Of a DNA stretch of 64,000 nucleotides, positions 9,693 through 20,700 are shown piece by piece. The DNA lies in the NCBI RefSeq assembly GCF_016433145.1, contig NC_058132.1, positions 648,301,885-648,365,884 on the forward strand, read 5' to 3'. The notes under the pieces were generated by a model. The model had not been told where the DNA came from, did no database searches, and worked only from the letters and a program-made list of their open reading frames with translations. Source of the stretch: Gracilinanus agilis (lineage: Eukaryota). The translations under genes were made by a program, and so were the position numbers. Position 1 is the stretch's first letter. Each line of letters opens with the position of its first letter.

Positions 9693-12600
9693 CTGAAAGC
9701 GAATGAGAGAAGGAGATATCCATGAGCTGCGGGGAACTCCAGCCAGAAACTGTCCAGAGCCAGCAATGAGCAGAAGCTCAGGATGCAGGTCCTTGACCAA
9801 AGCTTCTTTAGCTCCTGAGCAACAGGGCAGAAGGATACAGAATAGAGAGGGGAAGAAATGGAAGACCCAGTGGGCTCAGGGTGAGAAGGAGATGCCACTT
9901 CCTGTGACCACCAAGGAACCCATTCCTCTTGCTTTGGTGGGCATCTTTGTTCCAAAGGCTTTGTTTTAGGTGTATTCTCATCAATGGAAGGATGGAATAA
10001 GGAAAAGAAAACCAATGTTTATTAATGGGGGGGGGGCAAAAGAAAAGAAACATTGTATAAAAGAAAAAAATCAAAATGAGGTCCCATGAGATCTCTGGAA
10101 AGACAGAAACTGGAGGAAAGCCAACTGGTTCCATTTCATCTAACAGTTTATCTTTCTGGAGTGTCTACCCCAGAGCTGCCTCTCCATCCCAGAATAGCAT
10201 TTCTGGAATGTCTACACCAGAGCTATTACCTCTGTGTCCTAGAGAAACCTTTCTGGAGGTGTCTATACCAGAGCTGCCTGTCTGTCTAGGAGTAGCCCTC
10301 TTGGGGGTGTCTATACCAGAGCCACCTCTGTAACCTAGAGTGCCATGGATTTCAACAGGAGTTCTCTCGGCCCTTTGAGAACCTGCAAGGAAGTCACCAA
10401 GGGCAGAAATCTCATGGACCAGCAATGGCTGATGTCTCCTCATGGGACCTGGCAGGTGGGGGGCTGCAGGGTCAGCTGAGGACTTTCTAAGCTTTCAGAG
10501 GCAACAGTCACAGCTCAAAGTGTGGAATGAAAAGCTCCAAACAAGGAAGGTAGTTGCCTAAAATGAAGTTCCAAAAGGAGCCTTTTACCCTCCCAAAGGA
10601 AAGTTAAGAGACACAACCTCCCTGCCCTCCTACTCACCAACCAGCTTGCCCACCCCCTAGAGCAGTGATGGCAAACCTTTTAGAAATGGAGTACCAGGCC
10701 CTGCCCCACCTCCAGAGACTGTGTGCTATGCCACTCCCCCTCCACGAATGCCAGGCATACCCTCCTCCCCCCACCCCACCCAGGAATCGCTCTCAGCAGG
10801 ATGGAGGAGCAGGGGAACTGAGGAATGTCCTCAGTAAGTGTAGAGAGGGGGAGGGGAGTAGTGTGAGCACTCCACTCCCCTCCAGCTCTGCCACCTGTAA
10901 ACTGCCTACCTCACCCCTGTGCACTCCCATTGGCTGCTGGGCAGAGGGGCGAGTGATGTGAAAAATGTCAGGCATGGTAGAGAGGGCAAGGGGAGAAGCC
11001 CTGCCTGAGTCCCTCTGCCTTTTTAGTAACAAACTTTGGGGTGGGGTGGGTAGCCATGTGCCCATCGAGAGTGTTCTGTGTGCCATCTTTGGCACCCATG
11101 CCATAGGTTCACCATCACTGCCCTAGACCCTTCCTAGTCCACTGCAGAGTTTAACAGGGGAAGGGAGGAGGAACCAGGGCAGGCATCTGCCTTGTCCATG
11201 GTGCTATAAGTGCCAACAATCCCACCCCCTTTGAATCAAGGTCAGATGCCCCGTGACTTACACTGGTGCAGCCGCTCCAAGTCCATCTCCCCCAGGCTCA
11301 GGGGGACCATCTGCTCCAGAACATACCCTACAGTGACAACAGAACAAGAACTTTCCCCATCTTCCCTAGAGCTCCCCTCCTACCCAGTGCCACATCATCA
11401 TCATCATCATCATCCCAAGGGTTGCTGCTTACATCCAGCATCTCATTTGACCCTCCCCACCCTGAGAGGTAGGGGGCATTCTTATTCCCATTTTACAGAT
11501 GAGGAAACTGTAGGTGTAAAAATGAATAAATACTCCTAGTGCTTTAAAAATACATAAAATTTAATAATAAACAAAAAGAGGAGGAAAAGAAAAGGAAAAG
11601 GATTTTTTCAGTAAAGTGAGCAAAGCAAAGAGAGCCAAAAACTCACACCTGCAGCACTTTACCAAAGCAAAACACAAGTTCCCAAAAAAAGAGCCCTGCA
11701 GTGTGGGTCTCAGCCAAATTTATCTCCCAAACCCCTGTATATCAAATGAGGATGAAACTTAAAAGGATGCTGGGAATGTAGCTCAGATGTGACAAATTTT
11801 CCACCTGCACAAAACTGAAGCAAAGAGGTGGAGCGCCCTGCCCAAAGTCACAAAAAACTTCTAATGGCTGCTCAAGAAACCAGGTCCTCCTGACTACGAG
11901 CCCAACCCTACAAGCCCACCAGCAATAGCAGACCCCAGGTATCTGCCAAGGGTACCTAGCCAGGGCTGCCATGAGTAAGGAGAAGGAAGGAAAGTGAGAG
12001 ATGACTTGGAGGGGAGGAGGAGAGTACTAACAACTGGCTCTGGGTTTGGAGCACTCAGGGAAGGCTTTCCACAAGAAATGGCCCTGAGCAAAGTCATGAG
12101 GAAAGCAAAGACCCTTCCAGAAGTAACAGGGTCACTGGAAGAAAAGGGAACTAAGCCTGGAGTCAGACAACTATGGACACTCGCTGGCCCTGGGACTGTG
12201 GGCAAGCTGCCTCCCCTCCCAAAGCCTCAATCTGCTCATCAGCAAAAGTCAGAGGACCCTGGGTCCAGGGCTGTCCTAGATAGAGAGGGGCTCGCCAATG
12301 GCTCAAGAAATGGGACTTCTAAATTGGGGGGGAAATCCTTATAATAAAAACCTCTGACAAAGGTCTAATTTTTCAAATATATAAGGAACTAAATCAATTG
12401 TACAAAAAATCAAGACAATTGATAAATGGGCAAGGGACATGAATAGGAAGTTTTCAGATAAAGAAATCAAAACTATCAATAAACATATGAAAAAGTGTTC
12501 TAAATCTCTTATAATTAGAGAAATGTAAATCAAAACAACTCTAAGGTACCACCTCACACCTAGCAGACTGGCCAATATAGCAGCAAAAGAAAGTAATAAA

Positions 12601-14691
12601 TGATGGAGGGGAAGTGGCAAAATTGGGACACTAATAGATTGCTGGTAGAGTTGTGAATTGATCCAACCATTCTGGAAGGCAATTTGGAACTATGGCCAAA
12701 GGGCTTTAAAAGACTGCCTGCCTTTTGATCCAGCCATACCACTGCTGGGTTTGTACCCCAAAGAGATAATAAGGAAAAATATGTGTACAAAAATATTTAT
12801 AGCTGCACTCTTTGTGGTGGCAAAGAATCGGAAAATGAGGGGGTATCCCTCGATTGGGAATTGGCTGAACAAACTATGGTATCTGATGGGGATGGAGTAT
12901 TATTGTGCTGAAAGGAATAATAAACTGGAGGAATTCCATGTGAAACAATCTCCAGGAATGGATGCAGAGCAAAAGGAGAACCAGGAGAACATTGTACACA
13001 GAGACTGATACATTGTGGCACAATCCAGCATAAGAGACTTCTCTATTAGCAGAAATGCAATGACTCAGGACAATCAGGAGAGACTTATGAGAGAATGTAT
13101 CCATATCCAGAGAAAGAACTGTGGGAGTAGAAACACAGAAGAAAAAAACATTTCCTTGATCACATGGTTCTATGGGATATGATTGAGGATGTTGATTCTA
13201 AATGAGCACTCTATTGCAAATATTAATAATATGGAAATAGGTCTTGATCAGTGATACATATAAAACCCAGTTGAACAGCATATTGACTCCAGGAGGGAGG
13301 AGGGAGAAGGGGAAGGAAAGATCATGAATCATGTAACCATGGAAAAATATTCTTAATTAATTAATTAATTTTTTTAAAAGAAAAAAAGGAAATGGGAATT
13401 GTCAGCCTGCCCTCTCCATACCAGCCGCCAACTCACCTGTAAAGGTACAGGCCGCTGCCTTAATTTTGGCCCACTCGCTGTCATAGTAGCCAATGGCTTC
13501 TGCACAAAAGGTGTCCAAGAGTACAGGGTCTTTCCTGGCCTGTGCCAAAAAACAACAAAGCCTCTGTGTTTACATGGAAGAACTCAGAGCCTCCAAGCCA
13601 TGGGACTAGACCAAAGTTTGGTCAGAAATCCACACTCTGCAGCTAAGGTCCCAAGAAGAGGCAAGGGTGGCTAGGCTCTGTGCCACTGATGATGTGTCAA
13701 ATTTGGGAGGGGCTAAATAGGTCAGTGTGGATAGAATTTGGAGGTCATGAAGAGGGATTATGTGTAAGAAGTCTACCGAGTCAAGCTGGAAATAGATGAG
13801 GGAACTTCAAAGGCCAAGCCAAGCACTTGGTCTTTTCTGCCAGAGTCACTAGAGAGCCAGTGAAGATAGGTGAGCAGAAGAGTGACTATGCTCTAGGAAG
13901 AGAGCTTTGGCAGTTATGTGGAGTCTGCAGTGGGAAAGGAGACACAAAAAGCATGGAGACTAATTAAAAGGTCAATGAATGTTCTGGGTAGGTTGTGAGG
14001 CAGGGTCAGTCCAAACTAGCAATAAATATGAATGGAAAGAATGGGACATAGCTGTAACAATGGCTAAGATTGGGAAGAAGAGGAGGTAGGGAGGGTTATG
14101 GATGGGGGGAGTCAAGGATGCTTCTGGGTTGGGATGAGCATGACCAGAAAGATGGCAGCCTGATCAACAAAAATAGAGACATTTAAGATGGAGGGCTGGA
14201 GAAAGGATGAGCTTGAGATGGATTAAGCAACCACTGAGGTCCATCCCTTCTCTGTACAGATTCTATGGCTCTGGGTTGTATTCCTGAAAGAAAAGGTGAA
14301 CTTCTTGTTAGCAGGGACTGTTTTTGCCTTTCCTCTTCTTCTTGGAGCTTAGACCCACACCTGGCACACAGTGGGCACTTACTAAACATGTGTTAATTTG
14401 TTGGCTTGGTATGTAATATAAGTGAATGTTGGGTCACATGCCTTGTGACATCAGAGTGACTGCCAACAAATCTGCATGGGCATGAACAGAAATCTGTGGT
14501 AGCCCTAGCTGTTCAACCCAAATAGGCCTTCCATAAATGACCAATTAGAGCTGTCTGAGCCCGCACCTGAAGCCCTCGCATCACAGAGCACTGCACTGGG
14601 AAGTGACCTCCTAGCCTAAATTCCCCAAACAACACTCCAGGCCAGTGGTTCTCCAGACTCTGTCTGAAGGCCTCTAGAGAGGGAAGGGGAA

Positions 14692-14740
<49 letters not shown>

Positions 14741-17700
14741 CCCCTGAGACATCACATTCCACTCTAGGACACCTCTCTTGGCCAGCACCTTCCTGAACTT
14801 GAACCCAAACTGGCCTCCTTGAACTCTTCTTCATTGTTCCTAGAGAATAGGGCCAGTTTCTCTCACCCACAACAGCTCTCAGTGAGCCCCCTAAATCTTC
14901 TCTACACTTAAGCCAATCTGCCCATGGCATGAACTCCAGGCCTTCCTCTGACCCATCCATCCTCCTCTCCAGTTTACCAAGGTCCATCTTAGATTGTGGT
15001 AGCCACAGCTGACCACAGGACCCCACCAGAATAGGACCAGAGCAGGGTCTGGTGGGATCTGCTCATTCATGGACAAGATGCCCATCCTCTCTTCCTGCTA
15101 CTGTTGTGAAAGAGAAATAGTGTTGTAAATGGTGTTAGAAGTTCTAGTAATGGGTAGAATTAAGAAGAATAATAGAAATTGTGACTTGATTAAGGATAAT
15201 TTGATTGTAAATAAGAACAATGATACCAGAATAAAGGTGAAAAGGACCAATGGTTTAAAATCCTGGGGAAATTCTGTAATTCGAGATGATGTTAACTTGG
15301 ATGGACAGGAAATAGCTGAGCTTTGTTCTGATGTTACTGTTTTAGCTCCTGTATTGGAAACTTTCCAACCTCCCAATAGTACTGAACCATATGTGTCTAT
15401 GACTATTGGAGATCAGATTTACGACCTTCTTGTCCATACCGGCGCCAGTAAATCTGTTTTGCAAAGCTTTCCTGAGAATTGTAAAGCTGTTGGTACAATG
15501 GATGTCGTTGGTGCTACAGGTGTGACTCAGAAAGTAGCTAAATTGCAACCAAAAATGGTAGCCCTAGGACCCCTTTCAGTGGAAGATGCATTTTTGTGTG
15601 TTCCAGAAAGTCCAATGAATCTTTTGGGAAGGGATCTGTTGTGTAAATTAAGGGCTACTATCCAATGTACTGAATCTGGTGATATTTCTTTGCGTCTCCC
15701 AGAGGAATCTCTGAAGGCCTTTCCATTGCTTTTCTTAGTTTCTCTCACCCAGCAGTACAGAGGATGACTTAGGTACTATCTATCCAATACCTGAGGATAT
15801 ACCTAAGGATTTGTGGTCAAGATCATCTACAGATGTTGGGTTGCTAAAATAAGCTAATCCAGTCAGGGTGAGGACAAAGGAAGGACCAGTTCCTTGGGTG
15901 CCTCAATATCCCTTGACTAAGGAGGCAATAGATGGTATTCGTCCGATTATTGAGTCCCTAATCCAACAAGGGATAATAATACCATGCTTTTCTGAGTACA
16001 ATACACTGATTTTACCTATAAAGAAGCCAAAGTCAGATGAAAATGGCTGACCTGTTTACCGATTTATTCAAGGAAGAAGGAGGAGGAGGAGGAGGAGGAG
16101 GAGAGATTGTGTAATTTGAGATCTTCAGTCAATTAGAGTCTGCAGTTAGAAAGTTCAGTAATGAGAGGACCATTCCAGCGGAAGAGGACGTTCGGATGGA
16201 AGAGGACATGGATGAAGAGGATTCAGGATTCAGGATTTATGGACTTTGTATTAAGACTGATGAACTTATGAATTGAACTGATAAAATTCATTTTTGAGGA
16301 TTTTCTTAAAGAAGAGGATTAATCATGGATAATTTGGATTAAATGGTTTGGAAGTATTTTGGGTAATGTAAATAGAATCACTACATACTCATATGCACCC
16401 AACATTGTACATAAAACTATCAAGACCTTTGATGGAGAAGAGGAAAAACAGAGAGGAGAGAAGATTTCCTAGAGGAGTGGAACATCATGAGAAGAAAGGA
16501 GATCTGCAGGAGATCTGGAGTTTTGGTAGGTATCGTGCATCCATCAGTAACATGTTGCAACACAATATAGCAAAGAAACAACATAACAAATCAGATACAT
16601 ACAACACAAACATGTTAGGATACGTTGTGTTCCTTATGGAATGAAACAATGTATAAATACTAACAAAATTAGACTTAGCTATAGGATAAGTAAGTACTAA
16701 CAAGAAATAGTTACTAACACAGATTAGCTAGTTATTTAGGAAGATGTAGCTAGACTAATATACTAATATCATAGGGGTAGCTTAGAATAGTTTAGTGAAA
16801 TAGGTATAGTATTAGATTAGGTTAGAGGATAAAATAAGGTACTAATGTACATTACATTGCAGATACAACAAACATAACAAAATTGCATTACATGAAGAAC
16901 ATATATTACAAATCACATATCACAAATAATGTAAATAGTTGTGTAAATAGTGCGTGTATATTGTAAATTGTATTATAGTATAAGTGTTGCATATACGTAA
17001 AGGGTGTACACATGTATATTTGATACGTATATGTTGTGTACATACATGTATATGTGTGTCATACATGTATATAGTGTGTGCATATTGCATGTGTCATATG
17101 TATATATGTGTATACATGAGAATTCTGTGAATACTTTGATATAATTGAGTTGCAAACATTCAAATGTAATTTGCATAAGGGAGTTTGATGTTTTGTTTTA
17201 ATTTTGATGTAAAGACTTATGCAATGTTGTGTTGAAATGTTTTTCCAAAATGGTTTGCATTTATTAGTTGGTAGGATATTTCTGTATTAGAATAGGAGTT
17301 ATGTTTGATGTTTGTTTTGACTTTTGTGTTGATATTTCATATTTGCTGTTGATTTTGTTGATTTTGTTGGAAATTTTGCATTGTTACTTGTTGCTTTATG
17401 TTTTGAACTATGTACCTGTTCAATGTATTTATCCCTTTACCTTTCCTTGTTGAAATCCCTAGTGTAGGGTAGAGTAGGATAGTGTTAGATAGAATAGAGT
17501 TAGTGCAGGTTGTTTGTTATTTGGGGTTAGAATTTTAGTTTAGTTTGTAGTGCACAAATACCAAAATTTTGTTAATTTTGGCTTTGTGCAAAGGGGGAAC
17601 TGTTGTGAGGAAGATTTATTTAGTAATTTATGTAGCAATAGTTTCTATGGACCTAGCAGGAAGGCCTGGAGGATTCCAAGATGGAATGAAGGAGCAGGAA

Positions 17701-20700
17701 GTAGGACTTGTGCCCTGAGAGAGACTCCATTAGTGGTTGGCACAAACTGTTGCTAGCCCTAGGAGATCTCAGAGTTAAGGACACCCTGCATCCTGATTCC
17801 CTGGGATCCTGAATGGTGGTGGCTTTCAGCAAGTAACAAGACCTGCAGAGTTGCACCAAGAGGAAGAGAAGTTTGGGATCTGGTGGACAGCATCTCAAGC
17901 ACACTCTCTCTACTTGGATACCTTGGACCACCTTGGCTTTTGGCATCCTATGATCATCTGTGGATTACCGTGAGAACCCCAAAGCCACCCTCAAGCCCAT
18001 TAGCTATGCTGGTCAAACCTGGCTGGAACCAGGTTTGAAGCAGCCTCCCAGAGACTCCAGTGTTGTTCCTTTGGGCCCTGCCTGCTTAAGTCACTAAGAT
18101 TAGAGAAGTCAAGTCCTCCCCTTGCCCTGTGGCTTTGCCCTTTAGGTTTTAGTGTAGAATCTCCTATCCCACCTTTATTTAGTTAAACATAATTAAAACT
18201 GTTAAAAACCTTTTACCTTGCCTGCTGGTTTCAAAGACTCTGGCCTAGTGGTGAGCTGGGTGACAGTTGGCCAACAGCCATTCTTGACAGTTAGCAGCAG
18301 CTTAGCTGTGTACTCTGGTCTCCCTATCCTGGTCGCATCTCTCCATCAACCCAGTGTGCGTACCCACAAACCATTCAGGTCACATTTTACCATCCCTGGT
18401 GCCCCCATCTTTTTAACACTACCAAGGCTCATGCTCATCTCACTCAACTCAGTTCAAGCCCGCTCTCCACCAACACCTCACAACATTTCCTGGATAAACT
18501 GTAATTCAGGGATACGTCCCACACTTTGTACTTGTGAAGTTGCTTTTTAAAGCCCAAGGGCAGACTCCATTTATTCCATTCATTTCCATTTTGTCAGATT
18601 CAGTCTGTGAGGAAATGGTGTTTATTTCACCAAATTTCCTAATTACCAAGAATCTATCTTCCCTCTCTTGTACTCAACCTCGTCCCCACTGGTGCCGAAT
18701 AGACAGAGTCAAGTAAAGCAAAGTCCCATGTTGGCCAGGCCTAAGCAAGCATGCTTTATTCCTGCCCCTGGGCCCATTGCCTCTCCATCACTGGACCTCA
18801 GGAATCATGGCTAGCCAAAGGGTCAGTAAGTCTTAGGATCTTTAGGGATTTACATGTGGCTACCTAGAGTATGGGCTGTCCCTCCCAGCCTTTTTCCAAG
18901 TTGAGAAAAATGTTAAAAAGCCTATGGATGAGCCATGATTCCTGGGCTCCCCCCCCACACTGGAGCCTCCCTGGAACCCCAAACCACTCCCTCTCCCCTC
19001 AGGCACATCTGACTCTCCTGCTTACCAGGTAACTGCACATCTCCATTTGGAAGAGGCTCAGGTCCAGGCCTTGGCTGACATACTTCTCTAAGGAGATTTG
19101 CAGCCTCTTCCAGCCCCAGAAGGGAATGCACAGGTTAATAGTGGATTCACAGGCCTGGGAGGAGGAAGCGGCCAATCAGGGCTGGCCCACTTCACCCTGC
19201 CTTGTGGGCTGGGGTGGGCAGGGAAGGTGGAGCTGAGGCCACCCCAGGGAGGCAGCTCCCTCTGGGCACAATGCTTCAAATGCCAAGGAAGTGTGGGCAT
19301 GGGGAAATGTCAATGCTGCCCACTGCTGCCATAGCCAGGAAGAAATTGCTTTGTTTTAAGCAGGGACTTGGGACAGAGGAGCCTCAAGTCACAAGATTCA
19401 TTGAGCTTCATCTAATTCACTCCCCAGGTTATTGGGCGTGTTTTATTTTATACGTGTAAAAATTATCCTAAAAAGAAGTCCACTGGCCCCTCGGGAACCC
19501 AAGAAAGACTGTGAAGCCAGGGTTAGCAGTCACCCAGTCCGAGTCCCTCCCTCTTAAGGACCAGGAGCCTGGGGGGACCAAAGAGGCCCAAATGAGTGGC
19601 CCAAGGACATGCCACCAGCTCTGAGAACTAGGCCGCCTAGATAAGCACTCGGTGTGGGTGCCATAGGAACAACAGCACAAGAGAACGTGCTGAGGGACAT
19701 CCTTAAGTATTCAGTGGGATGACGATGCTCCCTGGAGTCTCCGAATGCTCTTGAGACTGTAGGAGCTCTGAGGGGCACCTCAGCCAGCATCTAGTGTAGA
19801 CCCTCCTCTTATGGAGAGTCAGAAGATCACAGATGGTGGATTGATGGCCATCCATTAGGCCAGGCCCAGGGGTTCTCCCCGAGGGGCCTTGGAGGCCATG
19901 GAGGCTCGAGGGAAGGATGCCCTGCACCGGCTCTGGGGGAGGGAAGCCAACAGATGAGGCCTCCCCTAGGCCCAGCGGAGCCCCCGAGGGGTCAGGGAGT
20001 GGCTCACCTTGGCCACTTCAGGGCAAGGGTCCTGCAGGTGGAGGATGAGGGGGATCCAGCTCTTCTTGATCTCCAGCATGAAGAAGTCCTTCTTCTTCAC
20101 GGCCAACACCGCCAGCTTCCCGAACAGGATGAAAGCCTGCAAGCGAAGAGACTCGTCCTCCTGCACCAAGAGAGCCAGACAGAGCCTGAGGCCGTAGGAC
20201 CTTCCCACTGCCTGCCCACACCCAGGGAACCTGAGGGTCCCATCCGAGCCCTCCCCACAAGGCTGGGCGAGGGGAGGGCTCCAGAGGGCCACAGCGCCCC
20301 CTTGTGCAACAAGACACCAGCATCTGCTCCAATGCTAAGAGGCCTGGCAGTCAGAAAGAAGGGGCCAAATCCTGCTTCAGACATATACTGTGTGACTTGG
20401 ATGAGTCCCACAACCCTGTACCTCAGTTTCCTCATCTGTGAAATGCAAGGTTTGGACCTGAGGACCTTCTAAGGTGCCTCCAGCTTGAATCCTGTGATTC
20501 TCTGGCCTTAAACAGGTGCAGATCCAGAGAGCAGCCCAGTGCCCCACACAAGCAGGCGCTGAATGAAGGGCCCGTCGCTCACTCCCCACCATGTCAGCAG
20601 CTCGGCCTCAGCCTCTCTCTTACCCATCCTCATCCTCTGCTCTCAGACATGGCCAGAGCCTCCCTGATGCCAGACTCATCCCCTCCGACCCACCTCGCTC

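Larger units (their letters stand above)
15102..18418 (+). mobile_element. Internally deleted class I (ERV1-like) provirus
   Basis: TGTT...AACA termini and a 4-bp TSD CTAC (15098-15101 and 18419-18422). It carries protease and N-terminal RT remnants, and a polypurine tract AAAGGGGGAA (17590-17599) before the 3' LTR. Confidence 0.85.

Noticed and set aside
10154-10340. CRISPR-like repeat-spacer array
   Set aside because: Mammalian intron, degenerate repeats, spacers resemble each other, and no cas genes.
15254-15260. TTTAAAA slippery heptamer as a gag-pro -1 frameshift site
   Set aside because: TTA AAA is already in the protease frame, so a -1 shift would leave that frame rather than enter it.
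19703-19927. ORF ending ...STICDLL as an MROH2A exon
   Set aside because: The true next exon is 19026-19154 (FWGWK motif, correct phase); this ORF is not needed for colinearity.
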